Origin: Candidatus Oxydemutatoraceae bacterium
Lineage (GTDB): Bacteria > Pseudomonadota > Gammaproteobacteria > Poriferisulfidales > Oxydemutatoraceae
Direction of reading: 5' to 3'
Length of the DNA stretch: 64,000 bases
NCBI GenBank assembly: GCA_965220085.1
Contig: CBDCOZ010000001.1
Location: forward strand, 128,001 to 192,000
The notes beneath the pieces are model-generated. The model worked only from the letters and a program-made list of their open reading frames with translations, had not been told where the DNA came from and made no database searches. The translations under genes were made by a program, and so were the position numbers. Shown here in pieces: positions 1 through 9,618 of this stretch; within the stretch, counting starts at the first letter, position 1, and each line of letters opens with the position of its first letter.

Positions 1-585
1 GGCGGCAGAAATGACATCAAAGGGAGGCACCCAGTGCACATTTCCCAACCGACCGACGGGAAAGTCGGTAGGGGTGATTGAAGGCGGCTGATTACCGCTA
101 GTGCGGAGAATGCCCCCGGCTCTTGTAACCAATACGCCACGGTCAGGCAAAGCGACCACTTCCACGACCCAATTACTTCTGGTGACGGCGTTGCCATTCG
201 CATCCTTGAAGGCAAAGTCGTTTAACTCAAAGAGGTAGGTATCGTCCCCAATCTCGACATCAACGCTGGTATCCTGGGCGGCGGGGATGCCGCTGGTCTG
301 GGCCGAGGCGCAGGTTGCGCCCAATGCCAGAGACAGCGCTAACAGGCAACGCATGGCGGTTCCGGATGCAACCCCGTCGATTGCTACCGCTACTCGTGCG
401 GGCGCAAAGAGCGCCACAAACTGCCGCCACAGCGAAAGCCGCAGACCGGACACAGCCGGGCAACGCAACCGCACTGCGGCGAATGGCGGGTTGCGATGTG
501 CGGGTGATGAAAACCGGGTGGAAACGCCCGCAATCCCCTTATTTAAAAGACTGCGCGGGCGCGTATCAAAAATTTGTCGTTTCAT
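1..585 (-). CDS. Secreted Ig/cadherin-like protein, 5th member of the tandem array (3' end outside window)
   Basis: My translation from ATG 585 (RBS AGGAG): MKRQIFDTRPRSLLNKG...LALSLALGATCASAQTSGIPAAQDTSVDV...; open to the window edge and paralogous to 2694..3782. Confidence 0.85.
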   Translation of the reverse strand, partial: MKRQIFDTRPRSLLNKGIAGVSTRFSSPAHRNPPFAAVRLRCPAVSGLRLSLWRQFVALFAPARVAVAIDGVASGTAMRCLLALSLALGATCASAQTSGIPAAQDTSVDVEIGDDTYLFELNDFAFKDANGNAVTRSNWVVEVVALPDRGVLVTRAGGILRTSGNQPPSITPTDFPVGRLGNVHWVPPFDVISAA

Positions 586-628
586 GGCATTACTCCTATG
601 GTGGTTTGCATATACAGTGTGTTTCCCA

Positions 629-1627
629 TTACCGCAACGGGCCCTCCAGGAAGAGGCGTAGCCGCAAGCGCAGGTTGGCGGCACATTCCGTCGCACCATT
701 CAGATTCGCCCCCTGCGGAGACATGCCCGCTCCGCAATCGAAAACATACCGCACCGAATCCTCCTTTTCCGGAAAGGCGAGCTCTGCTGCGCCGAATACA
801 TCCGCGCACTGCGGCGAACCCGAACCGAAAACGCACCATTCAAATTCCGTCTCGCCCGAAATCAGCGGGATGTTGCACCTGAAGAAGGCGGTGGCGGTGG
901 AAATAGTCCACCCCTGATCCGCACATGTGCGAATCCCCTCCCGCTCGGCGGGGGTTAAGCCGGTCGGAAAGGCCGTGCAGTTCGGCCATGTGCCGACGTG
1001 CGAGTTCAAATCGCAGGAGCATTCGGTTGCGCCCTTCAGGTTTTGGTCCGGCGGATAGCCGCCGGGGATACTTCCGCCCTGGTCGCAATTTGCCACAAAG
1101 CGGTCCCCGCCCTCGGGTTTAACGGTGGGATGGTCCGCCGCTTTCGGAAAAACCGGCGGACTGCCGTATATATCCGTGCATAATGGCAGATTCCCTCGAA
1201 CAAAACAGAATTGGGCTCCCCTGTTGACTTCCGTCATGTCGCCGTAAAGAAAGGATGGAATTTCGCATCCTAACTCTCCGGTGAAAAAGGAAATTAAGCC
1301 GCTGACGGTGCCGTCCCCCCATCCCGCATTCCTGCAAGCATTCACAATAGCGAAGTCCGCATCGGCAAAACAACCGGTGTTAAATTCGGAACCCGGCGCT
1401 GTGGAAGAGATTCGCGTTTGCCCTTGGGGGCATGGGGTTTGCGCTGACGCGCCGTCCGCGGCGAATGCGAATGCGAGCATCATCGCCGCGCAAATTTTAA
1501 GAGGGTCAATTGACGCGAAGATTAATTCAGACATCCTGCGTGAAGACGCAACCAGCGACCGGAGGCTACGCCGAGTCATCGTCGCCCGGCAATGCGGGAG
1601 GGGAGTATCAAAAACTTGTCGTTTCAT
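629..1627 (-). CDS. Secreted Cys-rich protein with two internal repeats and C-terminal LRLRLRLFLEGPLR tag
   Basis: 332-aa ORF; MKRQVFDT leader, signal-like AAMMLAFAFAADGASAQ; repeated C..GW...C.IP...C...P.C.D..G...FP...R.V..C...NL.GATEC unit. Confidence 0.8.
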   Translation of the reverse strand: MKRQVFDTPLPHCRATMTRRSLRSLVASSRRMSELIFASIDPLKICAAMMLAFAFAADGASAQTPCPQGQTRISSTAPGSEFNTGCFADADFAIVNACRNAGWGDGTVSGLISFFTGELGCEIPSFLYGDMTEVNRGAQFCFVRGNLPLCTDIYGSPPVFPKAADHPTVKPEGGDRFVANCDQGGSIPGGYPPDQNLKGATECSCDLNSHVGTWPNCTAFPTGLTPAEREGIRTCADQGWTISTATAFFRCNIPLISGETEFEWCVFGSGSPQCADVFGAAELAFPEKEDSVRYVFDCGAGMSPQGANLNGATECAANLRLRLRLFLEGPLR

Positions 1628-1669
1628 AGTTCTACTCCCGATGTGGTTTGTATATAAAATGTGTTTCCA

Positions 1670-2650
1670 TTACCGCAACGGGCCTTCCAGGAAAAGCCGC
1701 AAGCGCAAGCGCAGACTTGAGCCGGATGTGCCGACCACAGGAAGGCCGAGGGTGCATCGCTCCTCGTCGTTCGGCGTGGAGTGCTGGTCCTTGAAGGAGG
1801 CGCATACGCGAATGTATTTGCCGGCATGGGCGGCAAGGGGCCTAAAGTTAGCATCGGTGGCATCCTCTATATCGCCGTAGACACCGACTATAGAGGTGCC
1901 GCTGGAGGGCGCAGCGGCCTGTTGCCACTGCCAGGCAAGGGTACTTGTATCAATGCCATTTTGATCCGCCACGCCGTATATGGAAGCCGTCAGCGGCGTA
2001 TTGAGGCGATATGAAATGGCCGTGCCGCCCGCCACCGTGGGCGTGCCGACGGCTTCCTGTTGTATGGGTGACCCCACCACCAGGTTGATGGTGATGATGC
2101 CGCGCGAACTGTCAATGGTGGTTGCATCAAGGGAGAAGCCCGTATAGGCGAAACTGGTGTAGTTGGGAGTGACAGAGATGGCGTCATCGGGGAGCACCCA
2201 AACGAGATTTCGTGAATCCCCGTCGGCAAAGTCGCCGGATACCAGCAAATTCAAGTCATTATCAATGCGGATAATGCTTCCGCTCCTCTTAATCAATATG
2301 CCGCGGTCAGGCAAAGTGGCCACTTCTATGGCAAAACCACCGATTGCAAGGCTGGCGCCACTCGCATCGGTGAAGGCAAAGTCGGTGGTCTTGAAGGTGT
2401 AGGCGGAGCCTCCAATCGGAACATCAACGCTGATATTCTTGGCTACGGGGACGCCGCCGGTCTGTGCCCAGGCGCAGGTTGCGCCCAATGCCCAGACACA
2501 GCAACAACAGACCGCGCACAGCCGGGTGCGCGACCGTGCTACGGCGGATGGCGGGTTGCGATGTGCGGGTGATAAAAAACGGGCGGAAATGCCGGCAATC
2601 CCCTTGTTTACAAGACTGCGCGGGCGCGTATCAAAAATTTGTCTGTTCAT
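1670..2650 (-). CDS. Secreted Ig/cadherin-like adhesin-type protein with LRLRLRLFLEGPLR tag
   Basis: 326 aa; MNRQIFDT leader, ALGATCAWAQ cleavage-like site; DFAFTD/TLPDRG and LTAS..D.NG..WQWQ..IRVCASF motifs typical of Ig-like adhesin repeats. Confidence 0.8.
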   Translation of the reverse strand: MNRQIFDTRPRSLVNKGIAGISARFLSPAHRNPPSAVARSRTRLCAVCCCCVWALGATCAWAQTGGVPVAKNISVDVPIGGSAYTFKTTDFAFTDASGASLAIGGFAIEVATLPDRGILIKRSGSIIRIDNDLNLLVSGDFADGDSRNLVWVLPDDAISVTPNYTSFAYTGFSLDATTIDSSRGIITINLVVGSPIQQEAVGTPTVAGGTAISYRLNTPLTASIYGVADQNGIDTSTLAWQWQQAAAPSSGTSIVGVYGDIEDATDANFRPLAAHAGKYIRVCASFKDQHSTPNDEERCTLGLPVVGTSGSSLRLRLRLFLEGPLR

Positions 2651-2693
2651 AGCATTACTCCTATGGTGGTTTGCATATACAGTGTGTTTCCCA

Positions 2694-3782
2694 TTACCGC
2701 AACGGGCCTTCCAGGAAGAGACGCAAGCGCAAGCGCAGACTTGAGCCGGACGACGTACCTTCCACAGGAGCGCCTATGCTGCATCGCTCCTCGTCTGCCG
2801 CCGCGGGGTGCTGGTCCTTGAAGGAGGCGCAGACGCGAATGTATTTGCCGACATGGGCGGCGCGCGGCGTGAAGCCGGAGGTGAGGCCGCCCGTTGTCGC
2901 GGCGCCCGCATCGCTGTAGGCATCATCACTGACTGCAGAGGTGCCGCTGGAGGGGATATCGGCCTGTTGCCACTGCCAGGCAAGGGTGCTTGTATCAATG
3001 CCATTTCGATCCTCCACGCCATAGATGGAAGCTGTCAGCGGCGCATTGGTGGCATATGAAGTGCCCATGCCGCCCGTCACCGTGGGCGCCCCCCCGGCGA
3101 CCTGTTGCGTGGTTTCTCCCAGAACCAGATTGATGGTGACAGTGCCATGCGAACTGATGGCGGTGGTATCACTCAGAGAGTAGCCGCGATAAGTGAAACT
3201 GGCAAAGCCGGGGGTGATGGAAATGGCCTCGGGGGGAGGTATCCAGAACAGATTTTGCGAAGAGTTGGCGCCAAAGTCGCTGGGGATGACTGAGCTCGTA
3301 TCCTCATTGCCGCGGAGAATGGTTCCGTTCCTCCTGACCAATCTGCCACGGTCAGGCACAGTGATTATTTCCACAACAAACTTGCTTCTGGTGGCGGCGT
3401 TGCCATCCGCATCCTCGAAGGCAAAGTCGTTTAGCTGAAAGAGATAGCGATCGCTCGCAACCCCGACATCAATGCTGGTATCCTGGGCGGCGGGGATGCC
3501 GCTTGTCTGGGCCGAGGCGCAGGTCGCGCCCAATGCCAGGGACAGCGCTAACAGGCAACGCGCGGCGGCTCCGGCCATAGCCCGGCGGGCGGTGTTTGCC
3601 GGGCGCACTGCAACAGACCGCAACGACAGCATCAACCCGCGCATCGCCGGGGGGCGAGACCGCTTTGCGGACTGCGGATATGCGGGTGATAAAAAACGGG
3701 TGAGAAGGCGATACGGCGAAACGCCGACAATCCCCTTATTGAGAAGACTGCGCGGGCGCGTATCAAAAGTTTGTCGTTTCAT
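2694..3782 (-). CDS. Secreted Ig/cadherin-like protein with LRLRLRLFLEGPLR tag
   Basis: Start placed at ATG 3782 (MKRQTFDT, RBS AGGAG) by analogy with paralogs; the ORF-track extension to 4064 overlaps the upstream gene. Confidence 0.85.
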   Translation of the reverse strand: MKRQTFDTRPRSLLNKGIVGVSPYRLLTRFLSPAYPQSAKRSRPPAMRGLMLSLRSVAVRPANTARRAMAGAAARCLLALSLALGATCASAQTSGIPAAQDTSIDVGVASDRYLFQLNDFAFEDADGNAATRSKFVVEIITVPDRGRLVRRNGTILRGNEDTSSVIPSDFGANSSQNLFWIPPPEAISITPGFASFTYRGYSLSDTTAISSHGTVTINLVLGETTQQVAGGAPTVTGGMGTSYATNAPLTASIYGVEDRNGIDTSTLAWQWQQADIPSSGTSAVSDDAYSDAGAATTGGLTSGFTPRAAHVGKYIRVCASFKDQHPAAADEERCSIGAPVEGTSSGSSLRLRLRLFLEGPLR

Positions 3783-3825
3783 AGCATTACTCCTATGGCG
3801 GTTTGCATATACAGTGTGTTTCCCA

Positions 3826-4990
3826 TTACCGCAACGGGCCTTCAAGGAAGAGACGCAGGCGCAAGCGCAGACTTGAGCCGGACGACGTACCTTCCACAGG
3901 AAGGCCGATGCCGCATTGCTCCTCGCCTTTCGGTGTGGAGTGCTGGTCCTTGAAGGAGGCGCATACGCGAAGGTATTTGCCGACATGCTCGGCACGAGGC
4001 GTGAAGCCGGAGGAGAGGCCGCCCGTTGTCGCGGTGCCCTGTATAGGGCTGTAGTCACCCTCACTGACTACAGAGGTGCCGCTGGAGGGGATATCGGCCT
4101 GTTCCCACTGCCAGGCAAGGGTGCTTGTATCAATGCCATTTCGATCAGCCACGCCATAGATGGAGGCTGTCAGCGGCGTATTGACGGCATATGAAGTGCC
4201 CGTGCCGCCCGTCACCGTGGGCGCACCAGTGGGGCTTAGTTGCGAGGATGCTCCCACCAGATTGATGGTGATGGTGCCATGCAAACTGTCGGTGTCGACA
4301 TCATTGAAACTGTAGCCGCGATAAGTAAAACTGGTATAGGCGGGGGTGACAGAAATGGCATCAAAGGGAGGAACCCAGAGTGGATTTGCTAAATTTTGGT
4401 CCCCAAAGTCGCCAGGGAGGAATACACTCCCCGTATGATTGCTGCGGATAACGGTAGCGTTTCTTTTAACCAATATGCCATGGGCAGGCAAAGTGACCAC
4501 TTCCACGACGAAACTATTTCTGTTGGCGGTGTTGCCATTCGCATCCTTGAAGGCAAAGTCGTTGAGCCGAAACTCGTAGGCGCTACTCCCAATCCGGACA
4601 TCAATGCTGGTATCCTGGGCGGCGGGGATGCCGCCTGTCTGGGCCCAGACGCAGGTTGCGCCTAATGCCAGAGACAGGGCCAGCAGGCAACGCGCGGCGG
4701 CTCCGGTCATAGCCCGGCGGGCGGTGTTTGCCGGGCGCACTGCAACAGACCACAGCGACAGCATCAACCCACGCACCGCCGGGGGGCGAGACCGCTTTGC
4801 GGACTGCGGATATGCGGGTGATAAAAACCGGGTGAGAAGGCGATACGGCGAAACGCCGACAGGCCCCTTGCTTGTAAGGCTAGGGGGGGGGGGGGGGTAG
4901 TATTAACATTCTCTGCTTCGCACTATATGCTTGCAAATACAACCGCTTCCGCCTGCTTGAGGGGGCGGTATTAGAAGCTTGTCGGTTCAT
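3826..4990 (-). CDS. Lead gene of the array; Ig-like secreted protein with tag, frameshifted at a poly-C15 tract (putative phase-OFF)
   Basis: GAGGAG RBS and ATG 4990 (MNRQASNT...) read to a stop just after C15; the frame of ORF 3826..4776 resumes as PSLTSKGPVGVSPYRLL, matching paralog RSLLNKGIVGVSPYRLL. Confidence 0.7.
4883..4897. repeat. G15 homopolymer (C15 on coding strand)
   Basis: Seen directly. Confidence 0.9.
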
Positions 4991-5056
4991 GCTATTACTC
5001 CTCATGGTTTACCTCCGGTAAATGCAATCATTATATACGCAAACAGTATTTAGAGG

Positions 5057-5118
5057 CACAAACAACTTTGTTGTTTGTGGCTTCTTGATGAGAGCACAAA
5101 CATATTTAATTGTTTGTG
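5057..5118. promoter_or_regulatory. Two CACAAACA-N7/8-TGTTTGTG palindromes, putative operator
   Basis: Palindromes at 5057-5079 and 5095-5118; near-identical reverse-complement copies at 32131-32288. Confidence 0.55.
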
Positions 5119-5180
5119 GTTCCTCAAATTGTTTGCGTTCCATAAACTGTTTCATGTCGGTACTCCTAGCACCGTATGCC

Positions 5181-5273
5181 GTAGTCTGCTACAAAGCGCA
5201 AGTCACTTGCAAGTCAAACCGCCTGAAATTCTATTAAAAGCCGCACTATACCATAAAGCAAGATATTTGCAAG
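5181..5273 (-). promoter_or_regulatory. Two sigma70-like promoter motifs (TTGCAA-N16/18-TATAGT/CAGACT) upstream of the array
   Basis: Reverse complement of 5181-5213 matches the repeats at 62846-63007. Confidence 0.5.
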
Positions 5274-5356
5274 CGCCTGTGGGATGCCGTGAAATATGGA
5301 GCATATGGGGGCAAGTATTGTGCGGTGGCATGGGATAAAACCGCCTGAGACCGGCT

Positions 5357-5749
5357 TTATTCGGCATTGCGTTTTCCAAAGCCGGCGCTGACCCATAGCA
5401 GGGAGAGCCAGCCGCCCATCAGTGCGATGCCGCCCAGCGGGGTGATGGCGGTTACCGCCGCTATTCCGGTTGAGACAGAAACATAGATGCTGAATGAAAA
5501 CAGGATCGCGCCGGCGCAAAATATCGCGCCCGCTACGGAGAGCCTTTTCACCACCGCAGCGGGCATGTCGGTAAAACGCATCAGCGCCAGTCCGATGACC
5601 AGCGCCGCGTGGACGATGCCGTAGCGGGTGGCCACCTCCAAGCTGCCCGCTTGCTTGGCGGACAGTTCCAGAAAATGGCTGCCGAGCGCGTCATAGATGT
5701 ATGATGCCAAGACATATTGGACACTTGGGCAAATATTGTGCGGTGTCAT
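5357..5749 (-). CDS. DUF423/YgdD (TMEM256-like) membrane protein, N-terminus probably replaced
   Basis: ALGSH, RYGIVHA, GAILFSFSIY, ITPLGG motifs; first residues derive from a repeat at 5702-5799. Confidence 0.7.
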   Translation of the reverse strand: MTPHNICPSVQYVLASYIYDALGSHFLELSAKQAGSLEVATRYGIVHAALVIGLALMRFTDMPAAVVKRLSVAGAIFCAGAILFSFSIYVSVSTGIAAVTAITPLGGIALMGGWLSLLWVSAGFGKRNAE

Positions 5750-6015
5750 GGCGCTTGAGGCTTCGGCCGTAGTGTGGTCGTTGGGTGTTAAACCATAGCA
5801 GATAGTCTATCCGCTAATCGTTGAATGTCCGCATATTCGGTCTGCAACAAGCCCGCTTCAAATGCCACAGACTCTCTCTGAGAAGGCGGTGAAAGCGTTC
5901 GTAGTAAGAATAGCCCGCCTATAAAGTTTGAGAATTTGGGAGACTTTGATACTTATCGGAAAAGTCTTGAGTGTCTTCACAAGCGCCCAGAAAATAGCAT
6001 TCCCAGAGAACAGCA

Positions 6016-6933
6016 CTAATTAAAAATCTCGTTGAAGATCTGAGTTACATCTTTATCAAGGTTGTCGTCGCTATAGTCGGCATGCGGAATGCTTAAATTC
6101 TCCAACACTTTCTTAAAGCGTCTAAAGCCGGGCTCGCTTCTTAATTCTACCCACTCAACTTCCCGACTATCCAGTTGCTTCTTATTTGTATCAGAAAGTT
6201 TATCGGCAATAAAAACTTGGCTATCTCTCGCTATTACAGCATCCGCACTCTCGGGATTGCCTTTCCCCATAAGTTTGACTTCGCATTTATATTCTTTTTT
6301 GCCATGTCGCAAATAGAAATCTGCCTCTCTTACAATGGTTTCATCGGAGGAACTCTTTTTGGATATGGCGGCGTAATTTTCTTCGGGGACGTGATAAAGT
6401 TTGCACAGGGTCTGCATGAGAGGTTTCTCAACTCTTTTCCCGGCCGTGCTCCACAGACCTCCTCTTAAAGCCGCTCGTTTAACCGCCAGTGAGTTAATCA
6501 CTATCAGGCTTTCGCTTACATTTAAGTCTATTGAAACGCTTTTTAGTTTAATGGTGAGTGTTAAATCAACTTCATTTTCAGTCTCAACCAATTCTTTTAT
6601 TGCGTTGTAAAGGGTTTCATAATGATTATTTGAGGCATCTATAACAATTTCTTTTCTGGTTGAGTTGAACATGTTCCTGATGGTTTTCATATTTAGCCCC
6701 GAATGGATGGCAATTTCTTCTTTGGGGAAGCTTGAATCAAGCAAAAAAGCTTTTTTGCACCAATCAACACCTATTGCTTGGTTGGCAAGTTTGGCGTCCA
6801 CAATTTTTTTGAAAAAGTCTATTGCGCATTGAAGGAATTTCGCATTGATGCGCGCGACAACTTCTATCCTATAGTCATCTCCGTTCAAAAGTCTCTTGAT
6901 AATATTTTGTATTGCTTGTTCTGTTAGTGTCAT
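6016..6933 (-). CDS. Type II restriction endonuclease, CfrBI-like
   Basis: KRAALRGGLWSTAGKRVEKPLM, READF..CEVKLMGKGNPESAD (PD-D/ExK); coupled to MTase; low GC. Confidence 0.8.
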   Translation of the reverse strand: MTLTEQAIQNIIKRLLNGDDYRIEVVARINAKFLQCAIDFFKKIVDAKLANQAIGVDWCKKAFLLDSSFPKEEIAIHSGLNMKTIRNMFNSTRKEIVIDASNNHYETLYNAIKELVETENEVDLTLTIKLKSVSIDLNVSESLIVINSLAVKRAALRGGLWSTAGKRVEKPLMQTLCKLYHVPEENYAAISKKSSSDETIVREADFYLRHGKKEYKCEVKLMGKGNPESADAVIARDSQVFIADKLSDTNKKQLDSREVEWVELRSEPGFRRFKKVLENLSIPHADYSDDNLDKDVTQIFNEIFN

Positions 6934-8312
6934 TTTCCAATCGTTTTCTTAAATTCGGACAAAGATAAAAAACATGTTTCTCGCTTATCAAACAAACTAT
7001 GTTTCTTAAAATGCTTTTTCATATAAGCAAAATATTTTGGTTCTTGTTCGGCTAAGAAGAAATACCTGTTCATGGTTCGGGCTGCTCGGCCAAAGGTTCC
7101 GCTGCCCGCAAAAGGATCAAATACCAGGTCTCCCTTGTAGCTATAGTACTTGATAACCTTTTCACACAGGTCTGCCGGGAATACCGCAGAATGGACTTTA
7201 TTGAATGTCGGGTCTATGTGCCATGCGTTTGTTGACTCAAACTCGCCTTCAACCTTGCTTTCTTGCATCGTTTCTCTGTCGTACTGTCTGATATTCCAAT
7301 CGAGGAGTTTGGATGTCTGCTTGCGATACACCATGAGATATTCTGTAACAGTATTAGGCTTGTATCCGAGCGGTTTTCTGTGCTGCATGAAACCTCCCAC
7401 CCGATTTTTGACACTGGCTTCTGGCTTTATCCACACGATGTCGTCAATGAACTCCCAATCCATCTGAACCAGCAGATGGTGGAGATCAAAAGGAATCGGA
7501 TAACGTTTTGAAGAGTGTTGTCGGCTTATTCTTGGGATTATGATTGGTGAAGTATTTACTATGAGAAAACGCCCTTCTTTGGTCTTGTCAGAAGTCAACT
7601 GAAACACTTCTTTTAGAAAGTCCAAGTATGCTTGGTAGCTTGGATAAATTGAGTAGTCGCGCGCGTTGTAATACGGCGGCGATGTAAATGTCAGATGAAA
7701 GCTATCATCGGGGACGAGTTTAAGAACCTCTCTGACGTCATCATGTACCGCGACATTTTTGAGGAAGTCATAGGATTCCGCATGAGGCTGTCCTGATTCT
7801 TTTTCGCGCGCATTTGAAAAGTACTCCTTGCGAATGACTTTTGTCACCATTTCATTTTCATGTTTGATCAGAGATTTGAGTTTTTTGTCAACGTCTGGTC
7901 GCCCTTTGAATACCAACAAGGCTCTGATGGCTTGGCAGATTATTTTGGGGTCTTTGTCATCAAGAATTTTGAAGAGAATCTGCCGAGTGTTCTCAGAGCG
8001 TTGTCGGCCTATTGACGAAACCGCTTCGCGTCTAATATCTGTCACATTGTCTTGCAAAGCGGTTTTCTCCAAGTATGGAATAAATGCCTGGTTCTTTAAT
8101 TTGCCTATGGTTTTAACCGCGCCAAGGCGAACATGCTTGCTTTTGTGTCCCAAAAGGTCGGGCAACCAACTGCCGTCAAAATCTTCGGGCAAATGGCCTA
8201 AGTTCTCAAGTATATGGACTATTGCGCCGCTCTCATTTTGAGATTTTACCAATTTAGCAATCTCTCCATTGCCCGCTCTTTTAAGTTCGTTTATGTGATG
8301 TTTTGAAATCAT
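6930..8312 (-). CDS. N4-C/N6-A DNA methyltransferase with N-terminal HEAT repeats
   Basis: TSPPY catalytic motif before DPFAGSGT SAM motif (beta class); VRLGAVKTIG / IRREAVSSIG HEAT-like repeats. Confidence 0.88.
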   Translation of the reverse strand: MISKHHINELKRAGNGEIAKLVKSQNESGAIVHILENLGHLPEDFDGSWLPDLLGHKSKHVRLGAVKTIGKLKNQAFIPYLEKTALQDNVTDIRREAVSSIGRQRSENTRQILFKILDDKDPKIICQAIRALLVFKGRPDVDKKLKSLIKHENEMVTKVIRKEYFSNAREKESGQPHAESYDFLKNVAVHDDVREVLKLVPDDSFHLTFTSPPYYNARDYSIYPSYQAYLDFLKEVFQLTSDKTKEGRFLIVNTSPIIIPRISRQHSSKRYPIPFDLHHLLVQMDWEFIDDIVWIKPEASVKNRVGGFMQHRKPLGYKPNTVTEYLMVYRKQTSKLLDWNIRQYDRETMQESKVEGEFESTNAWHIDPTFNKVHSAVFPADLCEKVIKYYSYKGDLVFDPFAGSGTFGRAARTMNRYFFLAEQEPKYFAYMKKHFKKHSLFDKRETCFLSLSEFKKTIGK

Positions 8313-8763
8313 ATTAAAAGCGCCCGATATGCGCGGAGCAAAGTTCTTTTAACTTATGCGCCGATACTTGCAATGTAATTTTGTGATGCAACCATAATTA
8401 CATTAAACCATAAAATTGATTTTAGCAGAGGATGGTTAAAACGAGCGAGCGTATATATCGCGCTTTTTGAACTGTTCATCGGGATTGCGTAATTTTGCCC
8501 ATTGCCATTTTTAGTTATCGGCAGAAATCTATCTTCTGTTTGATGCCATGACATATCGGGCACATGGGGGCAAATGTTGTGTGTGTCATGAGCGCTTGAA
8601 GCTTCGGCCTATAGCGTGCTCCGTTATCCATAGCGATGCGCGGGATGCGCCGCCTTGAAACCTTGCCAAGACGGGGTTTGCGTTGCGGGGTGTTCCGCCG
8701 ATATGCCGATTGGGCTTATAATCCGAACTTCTGTTTCTTTTGCGCACTTGATAAGCTTCGGCA

Positions 8764-9120
8764 ATGGACAAAATTTTCATAAAAAGTCTGGTAGTAGAGA
8801 CCGCCATCGGCGTGTTTGAGTGGGAGAAGCATGTGCCGCAACGTCTGTGTCTTGATTTGGAGATCGGCGCCGATATCGCAGCGGCCGCTGCGAGCGATCA
8901 ATTGCAGGATACGATCGATTACAAAGCGGTGGCCAAACGGGCGCAGGCTTTTATGCAAGGGGAGCGGTTTGATTTGGTCGAGACCCTCGCCCACAGACTG
9001 GCCGATACGTTGGCGGCGGAGTTTGGCATGGCATACATTCGCCTGACGTTGAGCAAACCCGGCGCGGTACGCGGCTCGGATGCGGTGGGCATCGTCATCG
9101 AGCGCGGCAAGCGCGATTGA
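8764..9120 (+). CDS. folB: Dihydroneopterin aldolase
   Basis: MDKIFI..IGVFEWE..Q, TIDY, KPGAV motifs. Confidence 0.95.
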   Translation: MDKIFIKSLVVETAIGVFEWEKHVPQRLCLDLEIGADIAAAAASDQLQDTIDYKAVAKRAQAFMQGERFDLVETLAHRLADTLAAEFGMAYIRLTLSKPGAVRGSDAVGIVIERGKRD

Positions 9121-9123
9121 GAC

Positions 9124-9618
9124 ATGGCCCGAGTGTTTGTCGGCGTCGGGAGCAATATTGACAAAGAGGAGAACATCGTTTCTTGCATCGGCATGTTGCG
9201 CGAGTCTTTTGGCGCGCTAAAGATGTCTTCGGTGTATCTCTCCAAGGCGGTCGGGTTTGAAGGAGATGATTTCTTGAACATGGTCGTGTCTTTCAAAACG
9301 GACATGTTGCCGCAAGAAGTGACGGCGGCGCTGAGCGCAATAGAAAAGCGACACGGCAGGGTCAAAAGCGAAAACAGCTTTGTGTCGCGGCAACTGGACC
9401 TTGACCAACTGCTGTATGACGATTTGGTCTGTGCGCGCGACGGGCTGTGTCTGCCGCACAAAGATGTTACCGAGAGTGTGTTTGTCATCGTGCCTTTGGC
9501 GGAGATTTGCGGCGCGTTGAAGCACCCGGTTTCGGGAGTCAGTTATAGCGAGTTGCGCGACGGCTTCGGCGATGTGTCCGATCAGATTCAGAAGGCGGAC
9601 TTCCGCTGGCGCCGCTAG
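9124..9618 (+). CDS. folK: 2-amino-4-hydroxy-6-hydroxymethyldihydropteridine diphosphokinase
   Basis: GVGSNI, FLNMV, RQLDLD, LPH motifs; follows folB. Confidence 0.93.
   Translation: MARVFVGVGSNIDKEENIVSCIGMLRESFGALKMSSVYLSKAVGFEGDDFLNMVVSFKTDMLPQEVTAALSAIEKRHGRVKSENSFVSRQLDLDQLLYDDLVCARDGLCLPHKDVTESVFVIVPLAEICGALKHPVSGVSYSELRDGFGDVSDQIQKADFRWRR

Noticed and set aside
586-3825. Array spacers as integron attC sites
   Set aside because: No RYYYAAC/GTTRRRY palindromic structure and no integrase in the window
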